Shown in pieces: positions 1-12,699 of a stretch of 64,000 nucleotides of DNA; position 1 is the stretch's first letter; every line of letters begins with the position of its first letter. Source of the stretch: Gnetum montanum (lineage: Eukaryota > Plantae > Gnetophyta). The position numbers and the translations under genes are program-made. The notes below the pieces were generated by a model that worked only from the letters and a program-made list of their open reading frames with translations, was not told the DNA's origin and ran no database searches. The stretch lies in assembly GCA_015680685.1 (NCBI GenBank), contig MNCI01002737.1, forward strand, positions 128,078-192,077. The letters are read 5' to 3'.

Positions 1-759
1 AGCTTCTTCAGCCACAGCTGCAACGATTATTGTTGTCTTTCCTTTTTCCTTGTCCTTTTTCATATGCACATTTTTATAGGCCACATAGGTTGGATCCTTA
101 CTGGCTTCCGCCGCATCTTGTATGCTCTTCATTTGAGCAAAAGCTTGGCTAAGAGAGTGTGAGGCTAAATAGTACAGTTTTGATTTAATAAAGTCATTTA
201 CTGCACCCTTAAAGATAGCTAGAATGTGAGTTTCTGCTATTAGCTCATGAATTTCATTAAGGGAAGCGCTTCAACATTGTATGAATTTTTGTACTAACTC
301 TAGCACTCCTTGCTTGATGTTCATTAGTTGGTCTAGGGTGGCCTCGAGCTTCAAGTTGTATTTGAAGCGAGTTACAAATTGGTTGAGAAACTCCTCCAAA
401 GTTGACATAGAAGCTCTAGGGAGTGCATGATACCAATCGAGAGTCTTGCTGATTAGGGACATGGAAAAGACGCAGATGATTGTGTGTGGCCATACTTGCA
501 AAAGTAGGCATTCAGAACGAAAAGTTACAAGGTAGGCGTTGGGGTATCCCTCACCATTGTACTTTGTAAATTGAGGAAGTTGGACCCCATGGAGCAGAGT
601 TAGCGATGGGACCATAGGACTAATGGGATCATCTTGATAGAAGTCCATCACATGGACCATTTCTAAGTTGGTCACTTTAAGCTGCCTAACCTCCTCCATG
701 AGAGTTTGAATGAGGTGGAACGCTTGGTCCAAACTCGAGGACATCGTATCAGGTTGCAC
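1..759 (-). pseudogene. Retrotransposon gag (Retrotrans_gag domain), disrupted
   Basis: ORF 271..759 has the typical gypsy capsid pattern LPQFTKYNGEGYP...FSMSL...LDWYHALP...FLNQFVTRFKYN...IKQG...FIQ, ended by a premature TGA. Confidence 0.85.
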
Positions 760-1301
760 TGGTTGCGCTGCTTGTGGTGTCGTCTGAATAACCCATAGCC
801 CTGTTATGGGCTATGCCATCACATGGGACGCTTGTTAAGGTTGTTGTTGCATGTATTGGGGAATGTGCAACAATTGTACCATAGGCACAGAGGTCACAGC
901 CCACCACGTAGTTGTGGCTTGGGCTATTGTTGGAGGTGCTACTAAGATGGTTGGGATGAAGGACACCTAACTTGTTTATGGCTAAGATATAGGCATCGCG
1001 TGCACATACAACTGAGTCAGCATCATAGATGTTGGCAGGGAAGGCTGCATAGACTGGGAGGAGATGACAAAGGGGCAAGTGGTAGAAGGTCTTGCACTTT
1101 GTTGTGCATGTAGTACTTGGTGGCTAGCTACCACAAGCATGGACTTAGGTGGCAAAAGTGACACTGCTACCTCAAAGAAAGCAAATGATTGTGACAAAGG
1201 CATAAAATGGGACACTGCTCTCTAAACGAGACTCAAACTCCTCTTGCCCATCTAGCAAGGGCTTGTCATAGTTTGATGTTGCATCTTGTTCTTTCGGCCC
1301 A

Positions 1302-1464
1302 CTTACCCTAATGAGTTGGTCTAGCAACCACTTAAAGGTGTCGGTGAGCGAGATGAATGCATCAAGGGTAGGAAGGAACTCCTTACCCTAATGAGTTGGT
1401 CTAGTAGCCACCTAAAGGTGTCAATGAGCAGGATGAACACATCAAGGGTAGGAAGGAACTCCTT
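1302..1464. repeat. Tandem duplication, 80-bp unit x2
   Basis: CTTACCCTAATGAGTTGGTCTAG...GGTAGGAAGGAACTCC starts at 1302 and 1382. Confidence 0.9.
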
Positions 1465-2163
1465 CCCATATCGGTGAATGATTTCAAAGCTTCGCTTTGC
1501 TTTTATTTCTTGGCGATTTAAGGACAGGACCTACTGAAGCTTTGCACAAAGGAAGTTATATCTTTCGTTGTCCAACGCTCTGTATTCTAACGATCAGTTA
1601 CACAATATGAGTGACTACCATTGTGGTTGTACAAGACTAAGCGCTTGTTTAATGTCTACCACCTATTGAATGGGATGAACTACCTCCATGCTCAAAGCAG
1701 AGATTGAAGTGTTCACAGGATTCATGTTGTTGTTTAGGAAAACATAAGAAAATAAAGCGTTGATAGAAAATGCTTAAATGTAGAAAACGTTGAAAAAAAG
1801 GCTAAGTATGCAAACTGTGAAAATGGGCCAAAAAATGACCAACTCTAGAAATGCTGTCAAAAAGTGACTAACTCTGGCATTACGCTCGTTACACTCTGAG
1901 GGATTATCACATTTTGAGGGGTTGTCACGCTCTCCAGAGTGCTCAAAGCTTGACATGACAGGCGTAGTTGGGCTTTTCGTCCTACAGGGTTCTAAGGGAA
2001 TCAACAAGTACCAACCAAAACGCAAACAACTCCTAGGCTAGCCTATGATCTAGCTACTATTGTGGTAAGTCCATAGGGGTGTTATGTCTACGCTAACTTG
2101 CAACTAGTAACAGAGATGCAAAAAGCACGTGGGACTACCCTTGAGCACAGAAGGAATGAGAGA

Positions 2164-2180
2164 CCCTCCTTCTAGCACCA
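2164..2180 (-). promoter_or_regulatory. Primer-binding site, Tat/Ogre type
   Basis: Minus strand TGGTGCTAGAAGGAGGG, a deaminated form of the TGGCGCTAGAAGGAGGG PBS seen in Tat-lineage elements, just after the LTR end. Confidence 0.7.
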
Positions 2181-2508
2181 AAAAATTGTGACGTCCAAAA
2201 ACATATGTGGCTGGAACACTGAGAGATTAGCAAGCATATAACCTAACCCCAAATCTATGTGAGGGCCATACTAGAAAATGGAAACAAGGCACCCTAAATG
2301 ATCTGGTCGATCAGACAAGAACTTACGTGGTGTTAAAATGACTATATGTGAGAAGGGTTTATACTACGTTACGCACAAACACCGAGACCAGCTAAGCCAA
2401 AGCATAACAAGGTGTCCTAGTCTAAAAACAGTGATGTGACCGTGCAAATATGTATCAAACAACAAAAAAGTGCAAGAGTTATGCTTAATATCAAAGAAAA
2501 ATGCTTGG

Positions 2509-3119
2509 AAAAAAAGTGAAACAGAGCTTAAGAACGAAAAAATGCACCACCCCAAAAATGGGAAGCGTAACTATTACTAGGCAAGATGTGAGAATGGTAT
2601 GTGGTGTCAGGCAGGCATAGTGGCAGCGTAGCAATGTAGTCACAATCTCTGGGACACCCAGGACATGGAGCTAATGGCTATAGTGGAGACTAAACTTGCT
2701 GAGTTGGCTATTGTTGTGTTCTATAAGTGCAATGCAATGATAGACTGTGTTTTGGAAGGCACAAAGGTGTGAAGCTCAACTACTTAGGTGCAAGAGTTCC
2801 AATGATGCTCAAAAAGTTAAAATNATTGGAACTCTTGCACCTAAGTAGTTGAGCTTCACACCTTTGTGCCTTCCAAAACACAGTCTATCATTGCATTGCA
2901 CTTATAGAACACAACAATAGCCAACTCAGCAAGTTTAGTCTCCACTATAGCCATTAGCTCCATGTCCTGGGTGTCCCAGAGATTGTGACTACATTGCTAC
3001 GCTGCCACTATGCCTGCCTGACACCACATACCATTCTCACATCTTGCCTAGTAATAGTTACGCTTCCCATTTTTGGGGTGGTGCATTTTTTCGTTCTTAA
3101 GCTCTGTTTCACTTTTTTT
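2509..3119. repeat. 295-bp inverted duplication, probable assembly artefact
   Basis: 2825-3119 is the reverse complement of 2509-2803 and is bounded by single Ns at 2824 and 3120. Confidence 0.9.
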
Positions 3120-4949
3120 NCTGCAAAATTTTGAAGTTTGACACTGGTTATGCTAGCTACGCTGGGGAGCATAACATAGACACTTAACCAAATTTTGACA
3201 AAATCTACAATCTTCCTAGGGCTTAACCCAAGTATGCTCTAGGGTGTAATAGGAGAGGTAGCCTCAAAAGTTGGGAAATGTGTCAAATATCTCTTCCATG
3301 TTGAGCTAGCTTGATAGATCATTGTCCAACACTTAAGCAAAACTAGGCACTAGAACCTGTGCTACGCTGGGGAGGGTAACAGAGCGTAGCAACCCAAGAG
3401 ATAGAAACTTTACTGAACTATTTTGTCCATCCCAAGCAGCTCTGACAACCTCTGGCATGGTACTTGGACGAATTGGCCACTAGGACATGTTATGCTGGCT
3501 ACACTAGGGAGCATAGCAAGCGTGACAACCTAGAAGATAGAAAATTTGCCAAACTGTTTCATCCATCCAAAGCAACCCTTAACCACTTCTGACTTGACAC
3601 TTGGGCAAACTGGCCATGGAAGTGTGTGCTACACTAACTATGCTAAGGAGTGTAGTAGGCAAATCCAGAGTGTAACAGGACACTTAGAAAAACTTTTCAT
3701 GCAACTCTTGTTGACACTTAGAAAAATCTTGCAAAACAAGCCTCAATATGTGCTACGCTAGAGAGTGTAACACCACACTATAAAAAAAATTTGCCGACAC
3801 TTAGACAAATTTGCTGTTGAAGACGCAAAAGCCTGAAATTGGTGGTGTTTCAATAATTTTTATGGATATAAGAAGAAAATAATAATAAACACTCTTGCAT
3901 TGCAATTCCTCTTGAGGATAATCATAATGCTCATGTCATAATCCCTCTTGGAAATAGATGTAACACCACTCACATAATGCAATAAAATGACTCTTAGTCA
4001 TAACCTTAATGGCCTAACACCGTGTCATATGATTACAACCTCCTTGGATAAGGAATGAATCATCGCAACTTGATCAAAATGAAAATTATATAAATGTTTT
4101 TGTTATTTTTTATGTTTAATACATCAACGGTAGAATAAGGAAAGACTATAAGTTTTATTCACTATGCAAACACTAAACTCTATCCGCATTAACCAAATGG
4201 TTTTAACAATGTAAGTAATGTAGTAAAGTCTAGTTGCACTTGTGAAAGTGATGACATAAAGTAGACACATAACAAGGAAAGGAATCAACTTACCCAAGAG
4301 AGGAAGAGCTCTTCACACAAACTAGACACCAAAAGCCAAAATGAAATTAAAGTTATAAAAATATTATGTGTGAGGGCTTAACCCAAGTATTTATAATTTT
4401 CACAAAGAAAGGAGATTTGTCAACGCCTAGGCATAAACAAAGGTCCATCAACATAGCCCAAGCCTATCCCAATCACACTACAGGCAAAGAAGGCTAAATC
4501 AGGTCTAGTAGGAGATGCATCAATGTCCTTACGTTGATGTAGGATAGTCAGCACCCCACTCCCCCAACACCCGTCCAAAATCACACTTTGTACATTGAAT
4601 CCCAGATGAATGCTGAAACCCATGAAAGCATGCCAGAAGGAACTTAGGACATACAAATAAAGCCAAAATCATCCTAAGGAGCTTAGAATCATGCACACAA
4701 CCTTGAAGTGTGGCACAAGGGACAAGGGCACATCTTGAGAGACCAAGAACCTTAACCAAACATGCTAGACTATAAACATAGGACACAAAACATTCCCCAA
4801 ATCCAAGTTTTATAATAGATATATGAAATGCCACTCAACGTGCCATTAGCAAATAGTTTAGACTTGCTTCCACTTACAAAGTGGCCACATAAGATTTATG
4901 CTAGAGTAGAAAGAAATTGAATGTATTCATTAAATATTTGGATTTTTAA

Positions 4950-7860
4950 TCATCCAACCCACCTTCTAGTTTTTTAACAACTTTTTTCCATATATTTGTA
5001 TAGGTCTTCATAGAGGTAGCCAGACCACTTTTAATTATGTTGATATTGTCGTCCTCTCCTATTCTATGAGAGGCTTCTCTTATTTTCATGATATCCAAGG
5101 AATTCACAGTGGATGAACTTTAGCACTTTCACTTCTTAGCATAGATTAGTGAAGGGCTCATCTACCAAAAGTTTTGCCTTTTGGACATTGGCTTGAGAAC
5201 CTCTAAATTCGGATTGGAAGGAAAACAATCATGGCTAATAAATGATGTTGCTACATTGTGCTTATCAATCCTTTCATGTCCAATATCCATGCAACCATGG
5301 CAAGAACACATACCATCAATTGTTTTGTTGTTTCGACACACAAATAATTGACGGTTATCTCGTAGTTCTCCACTGTCCAACTCTTTTTTATCGACATGTT
5401 GTTTGTCAAGCTGATTATAGTTTCTATGCCATCATTTTTGGACTCATTATAATCTTTAAAGGAACCTCCATTAGACCAGCATGTGGAAGCTGTACATGAT
5501 TAGACATTTGATATTCAAGCTTCGCCACATTTGCAATTGTTTGATCCAAACATGTATTTGCTGTTTCTGGGCTCCCTCATTTATCTGGGCTTAGTTTATG
5601 CCTCTCTTCCCCTAACGGATTACAACCTTCCTTGTTTAACCAAATTATAGTCTCTAATTCCTGATCCACAGTCTTCTTCCTTGCCCCAGTTTTGTTGATG
5701 TTCTGCAGACCTAAAATTTGTACCTGCTGCTAGGTTATCTCCCACAGATTCAGCCTGTTCAGTTCTTACTCTTTCTTCGCCTCTATACTCATAACCCACA
5801 ACAACAACATCCAGCTCGCTACTTGGCCTCTCTGAATGGCATTACATTTGCTTTGGATCTTCAGCTTGGACAATGTGTCTTTAAATTCTGTGCCTTCTTT
5901 GATGACATCATCTATCTCATTGGCTAGTGGCTTGATATCAACAATAGGAAAAATAGCTGGTAAATCTGAATCTGAATTAGGCAAGTTGTCTGTTACCATT
6001 TCAATGAGCTTTAAACTGTCATTATTAATACAGTGATCACTTTCATGTTTGTCCTTAACTCTTCCAAGTATGGATGTAAAAATGCCTTCAAATCCTCTTT
6101 GTCCTTAAGCTTTCTCATGACATTCGTTTCAGCTGCATCAGATGTAGCCTTCTGTGATTCCAGTGTGGCAAGGAGTGTTGTATAGGCAACTTGGTTAAGC
6201 CTGCCTTTCTCTTTGTACATAATACTCCTGTAATACAAAAGGATTGATTTTAGATGTTCCCTAAATTAGAGTATGAGTAATAATCACTACACAGAAATGT
6301 AACGTTAAAACATACCAATGCATGACATCTCTTATCATTTTCTCCAAGCAAGATTTGTATGATGCATGTGCTTCGGACCACGGTCTGGACTTTTCCACCT
6401 TCGTCTGCTTGATAAGAGCACATTCCATGGCTTCTATAGCTAAAAGTTGAGCCTCATTATACTCTTGTAGTTCTTCTTGTTTTAACATAGTTTCCTACTC
6501 CGTCACTTTTTTCAATCGTTGTTCTTTAACAAGAGATCTTGACAATGATGATTCCTGCAATATGAGTTGCTCATTTTTGTTTTCCTTGTCTTGTCGTTAG
6601 TTTCCTTTCATTTATCGGCACTGCGTATTCAATATAAAACCTGAAAAACAAAGGAAGAGAATGCCAATAAGATTTTAAGTTAGTGAAACACAGAATATGT
6701 ATCACAAATAATCTGTACCGGTACTCCAGCTCTTTAGAAATAAGAACCTATTTATAAAAGTACAAAATTCTTGCCTTGTCTTTGATTTGTACAGTAAATC
6801 AATTCTGAAATAATGGTTCATGTTCCTTGATTTCCTTCCAATTACCAGGCCCAAACATCAATACCCCACGTCCAAGGGCTTCTTCTTCTTCAGAGCTCCA
6901 TCATTTTCTAGCTGCGAAGCTGAAGAAATCATATGATTCAGTTTCTTTAGTAATTATTTACCCAACAAAAAATTTAAAAATAAATCAACGAAACGCAACT
7001 ACTATTAGTATAAGATGGAAATCATGGCAATGAAATTCGAAATGTATTTAGCGGAACTTACCAGGTATGGCGAGCCTGGATGAATTCATGGAGCATTTGT
7101 AATAAGGTACCTTAAATGGTTCCCCTACATTCTTTTGCACTCTTACCATGGCAGCTAGATCAACCCCTACCAAGCCTCTTTTCTCTCTAAACTGATGAGG
7201 CCACGAATGACACTATTAATGATATTTCATGCATAGGCTTGTCTTCCCCTGCATAAAACAACCAAAAAAATCACCTTTGCTTGAAAAGCAAAATTGACAA
7301 ATTTCGGCTTATGATAATGATAACGTCATAATGTAATAATTGACAGCATTCACAGTAAGCAACAGTTTTGTGCCTTACGATACAATAACACACTGAAAAT
7401 AATGGAACAATAGTTTCTGTTATTAATTATAAGAATACTAATTTCTAAGACTACCTGAAACAAGGATTCCTAGAGGCATGGCAGATCCCACCAAGGTACA
7501 AGAAACTCCAGTTTGTGTTTGCTTCCTCTGGTTTACTTGATATCACACTATTCTTAGGTTTGTCGGACTTGTAGGCCTCCTACCATCAAAATCAAACTAT
7601 GAAAACATCTGAAAGCAATTCCTTTTGCTAAAAAACCAAACTAGGCAAATGTAATTACAATTTTCTTTCATAATTCATAAATGAGATGGAAGAGCTTAGT
7701 GTTCATAATTGAATGTGGAAACCAAGGATTGACCTCCCAAGCAAGCAGAGGAGAAGCACCAGCATACTCGTACAATACATTTTCATACAGATCTATTCTA
7801 AACTTTTGACAATCAAAGCCTGTGTTCTGTAAATCATGAATGTGCAGCATGCTTGTTATT
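4950..7860 (-). pseudogene. Decayed multi-exon gene encoding a telobox/TRF-type Myb (SANT) domain followed by a helical, possibly coiled-coil, region
   Basis: Phase-consistent GT-AG exons 7608-7455, 7248-7062, 6911-6719, 6640-6316, 6227-. Exon 6911-6719 reads RK*WSSEEEEALGRGVLMFGPGNWKEIKEHEPLFQN*FTVQIKDKARIL (stops consistent with CGA>TGA). Outer limits approximate. Confidence 0.75.
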
Positions 7861-10800
7861 GCAGATATTTAAAACACAGTTATCTTATATTATCATTACT
7901 TTTAAATATAGAATTTCAAATCCCTTGATGTATGGAATTTACAGATGATATTGCTTTGGATGATTTCTTCCACATGTTAACAAACAATAATAATTCTGTT
8001 TGTGATGTTTTCAAAACTCATAACAGGTATACTTCTACTATCCAATAGATCCAAAGCTTCTAAGGACTCAATAAGGTTTTAGTTTCAATATTGCTTTTAA
8101 AATGGAAAAGTGAGACATCCTCCCAAATCAGAATGTTTACAAAATATATGCATATGTAATTTCAATAACAACATAAATGATGGTGAAATAGCAGTACCAA
8201 TTAGCTTAGATGGTTATAAGAAATAAAATTGATGTAGAATGACCACAATGCAAAAAGAAAATTACAGGAGAGTAACCAAGATTGTTATTTTATATGGTAC
8301 TAAATGTTGCACTGTAAAAACAGAGGCATGAATAACAAATTAATATGTTGAAACTACAATTGCGTAGATGATATTAATGTTACAAAAAGAGATAAATTGC
8401 ATATCATAGAAGATTAAATAATGGGCTTAATAAAAAAGATTGTTATATCACTATTCTAGGAAAACCAAAAAATACATGGAAAAATGACTGAAGATTATCT
8501 TAATAAATTATCAATAGATGGAGTCATAAAGGAGAAGAGTCCATTTTTTGGAAAAAGGTTAGAATGATGATGATGAGTGTTAGTTCTTGTGACATCTCGT
8601 TCCTGGATGTCATGGCAAATGTCAAATATACATTACATTCGACATTATGCATAAAGAAAATGATAAGGAAATGCAGAAGGAAAAATAAAAGAATGTTTTA
8701 TTAATGTGGAACAAAGTATATAGGTCATACCCTGAATGTTCCTTGAGGTTATCTTTTTTCGAAATTTATACCTTAAAAGCTATCCAACACTACCACCACA
8801 CTTAGGCCTAACCAAAAGGGATGGCCAATTGCCTTCTTATCCTACTTCACTTGGCACTTATTATTTGCCTTTACCAGCTCTACAACTCCATGACGATACA
8901 AACTGTAATGCCCAAGTATAGATACCTTAGGTCAAACTCCCAAAGGTCACCTCAAGACACATGTCTATTATCCAAGTCTTACTTACAACTTGTCCTTTCA
9001 GGTCTTTTTACAATAAACACAACATTTGTTATAAAGAGACACCATCTTTGTTATGCAGCAACACCATTCAGGAATGGGGATGTCACAGTTCTTTTATTTG
9101 CTTTTGTATATATACATGTGTGGTATTACCCCTATTTTATTGTAATACATGCCAAGTTGTATTGATGGATTGTAACACATAATTTCATTGCTTTCTTAGA
9201 TTATATTCATCATTTTGTTTTATTAGAAATTATATAAAGTTTATAAATAAACAAAAATAATTTTTCATAATGCCAACGTAGAATTGCATCTATATTGTGT
9301 GTTCTACAGTTTTATTTTAACTACTAGTTACCATTATGATAGATTGGACATGAATAAAAGATGTTTTCCCTTTAGCTTAGCTTAACCAACGATCTCTTAT
9401 TTCTTCATTCTAATTAAATTTTATTTTTTGTATTATGGCTTTTTGATAAGAGTTTGTCCTATTATTTTTGAATTTTATATTTACAAACAATCATTGTTTT
9501 TATGAAATGAAATGAAGCTTTATTACGTTTGAAGATCCATAGGATCTATTGGATAGATATTATATTTTCATGAAAAATAAAGATAGACTCTACAAATTGA
9601 TCAAGCACCAATGGAGGCATCAAAAAGAAATCATACAGGCTTTTTGCTGTAACATGGTAACATTGTCTCAAATGAGTAGTCATAGCACAAGAAAGAAACA
9701 CATGTAACTCATCTTCAAGGTCTCCTAATCTGCACAACCTACAAATGTGCTCAGGTGAGTTGAATTCATATTTTACTCTCAATTCTAGGATGATAAAAAC
9801 TTAAGAGAAGCTTGTTGATAGCATTTTAATACTTGATGGAAAAGATAGCTAAGAGATAGTGAGCTTTTACATCTAATTTATTAAATCTATTGTGGTGTAA
9901 ATGAAATTGCTTCTTACCTTCCACATTAGCCCACATGTATGTAAAAATATTTTGTTTGTCTTTATATTATACTGCTTTAAATTTATTTTAAATAATGAAA
10001 CTAAACTCTAATTGAAATTTTATGAGATCTGCCCAAATCTATTCAACAATAAAATTTCAAAAATATTGTTAAGAAAAAATACCAATGTTCTTTTTGTTAA
10101 CATGTGGAACAAAAAACCCAAAATTCCAATTTCAATATCCCACTTATATCTAACCTGCTCTAAGATATGATAGGAAAATATTGTATTCATCTTCAATGCT
10201 ATTTGTGTTTCACTCATAGTTAAGAGATTTATTCCTCACCAAAAAAAATTTTGAGCTTCCATTGTTAGCATAAATTCTAGGACAGGAGAAATGTTGTGGC
10301 TGACATTTGCCTGTACCCTATCCAGCATGGATGTTGAAAACCCATACTTGGAAGCATTACCAACCCTGGATCCATTGTCATGCATGAATGGCAATGAAAG
10401 AGATGGTATCTGGTGGACCACGAAGATCTTGCATTGGTTGCCCCTTCTTCTCAGTTGCATAACCATGCTGCTTTTGTCATTGTTATTTGCCTACTTTTTG
10501 ATCACATTGAAAACATTAGTCGACAGGGCAATAAAACTATCCATGAAGATATAATTTAGATGCCCTGAATCATAAAATTGAAGATAAGTATTCTAATAAT
10601 TAAATGAAAAAGATCACTTACAAAGGATTTCTATCAACCTAAGTACAACAGATCACGTATCACGAGATCATTGAGAAGTGAGCTATAACATATCCCTAGA
10701 TCATCATCAAATTTGGCTAATACATCAGCCATGGTACCCTCTCCAAATAGAAGATTCCAAAAAAGCTTGTCAAAAGATATATTGTGGTACATTTTGTATA

Positions 10801-11524
10801 GGGTGAATTGCATCATAATCAAATTAACCAACATAAGCCTTAAAATTTAACAATTGTGATCAAGGTCAAAATCCTAGAAGATATATTCTCTGAAAACAAA
10901 AATTAAGCATTGCCATTATAGTGGCAAATATAAACAAAGTTTCCAGAAGGATGTCACATCATGGACATTAGGGGGAGAATTCTAGGCATGTGAATGCCAC
11001 CACAAATCAGCTTGATAAGAGCAATTGCTACTACGATGACTAGAAATACAATAGCAATGCTACTGATTATGTTGAGTTGTATCTCAAAGAATCTAAGAAA
11101 CAAGGGCAAATTGAGTTCATATATATATCTAGTGATATTAAATCAAATTAATAATTTATTGAAAATCAATTTCTAATCTCAAAAATCTACAATTATTTTT
11201 TTTAGAAGAGTTCAGGTTTTATTATGAAGAAAATAAAAGAAATATTTACAAACAGGATCAGCATGCAAGCACCTCTCTGACAAACCCAATGTGTTCGCCA
11301 AGTGCCAACACCAACACAAAAACCTTCATCATATCACGCAATCTCTCCCACCCCAAAACAAGGTTTCAAGACCTTTCTAGACACATCTAGGCCTCGCACA
11401 AGCCTCCTACTACACAATCCCTACAAACCTGAATTTAGGAACCCCACAACAACAAATCACTAAAAAAAAACTCACACCCAACCATACAACCGAACTCACA
11501 TAGAACAATCTGCAATCGTTGCTA

Positions 11525-12628
11525 CTTCTCCCAATAGCCGCCTAAGCCAACCCCAGGCAATGATCCCTCCCAATCCTAAATTTCTGTCGTGCCCTACTAT
11601 GGCTTATCCATCCCCACTCATGATTCCCACTCCATCTTCGCACATATCTTCTCACACAAGTCATCATACATGAGTTGCAGTCTCATCATCTCTTGTTGTA
11701 GCCGGGCTTTGCAAATCAAACCCTGCAACTCTTCCCTTTGCCTCTCTGCCAAATTCACAGCCATTTGCAAGTCCTCCTCATGAGCTGCCCAACATGCCTC
11801 CCAAACCTTCCTTTCTGCTGCCCATGCTTACACAACCACCTCCCTACAAGCCCTCCACACCTCGCCCTCCACACCTCAACCAGTGGTAAGGACTCCTGCT
11901 CATGCCCCTCCCTTGCTTCATGCGACAAACTAGCCTCAACGGCCACCTCCTGGTCCTAGCCAAAACCCAACTTGATGCCCCCCTAAGAGTCCTAAAACCT
12001 CCACCATTGATAAACCAAAAAAGGCATTGAACTCACTGTTGACAACACTACCATACCATGTCACCAAAGAACCAAAACAAGTCCCAAATGTCTCCCCGAT
12101 CTTCACCGCAGGAGGGATTTAAAAAAAAAACTTGGCAAATTAACATGCACCCCATGGTTTAGGTAGTGTAGGAAAGCAAAGTGAACATCCATCAACTTTG
12201 ACATAGTTCTGGATTGGATGAGGAACCTATCAACCAACGTCGTTGATGTCTGCCATACTGATGGCAATGTAATTCTAGGCACATGACCACTAGCCATTTT
12301 TGACATTCTACCACAAAAAAAGTCACTCGTGTATGCATAGATGTTCATCACCAGTGAAATCTTTGCTCCCCCATTCAATACCCCCAATGCCTCTGCCACC
12401 ACCGATTTAATTAATAGAATTTTCTTTCCATGGAACATTGTCTCCTCCCCCTCCCAGTTCCTGAAAAAAGTGTCATTCGCAAGGTTTGGCACCCCATTGA
12501 TCTAGGGCAACAGTTCTACCCATCCAATCCATTGGATCAGCGTCCACAACTCATCATTTCCCTTAAAATCCTGCACTGCCAACTCTTGATATTGTTGCAG
12601 CCCCATACTATGTGCCACTTCCTCCCAT
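11525..12628 (-). pseudogene. Extra ORF3 inside the L1 LINE; resembles the plant-transposon accessory (Athila ORF / plant-mobile-domain-like) helical domain, with a coiled-coil tail
   Basis: ATG at 12628 (MGGSG...). Core ORF 12103..12492 FFRNWEGEETMFHGKKILLIKSVVAEALGV...LVDRFL...FLHYLNHGVHVNLPSFFFKSL. Lies between ORF2 and the poly(A), inside the TSDs. Domain name is inferred from by-eye similarity; 3' end approximate. Confidence 0.65.
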
Positions 12629-12699
12629 AGACGAAGCCCATCATTAACAGTAGCAAACGACAGCAATAGCCTTTATGCTCTGAAAATCAAATTGATGTG

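Larger units (their letters stand above)
1..4889 (-). mobile_element. 5' part of a Ty3/gypsy LTR retrotransposon, Tat/Ogre-like (5' LTR approx. 2187-4889, PBS, leader, gag); continues off the left edge
   Basis: Minus-strand PBS TGGTGCTAGAAGGAGGG at 2164-2180 next to an LTR end (plus strand TGTGAC at 2187). Candidate other LTR end ...GGCCACA at 4889 gives near-inverted termini. Minus-strand TATA near 4388-4396. Gag ORF downstream. The 4889 boundary is tentative. Confidence 0.65.

Noticed and set aside
2509-3119. 295-bp inverted repeat as a hairpin RNA or foldback element
   Set aside because: The second arm appears identical in an otherwise decayed region and is bounded exactly by single Ns; most likely a scaffolding artefact.
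7455-7608. TRGSKHKLEFLVPW as a chromodomain upstream of the Myb exon
   Set aside because: Only the EFLVxW-like fragment matches; the rest of the chromodomain pattern is absent.
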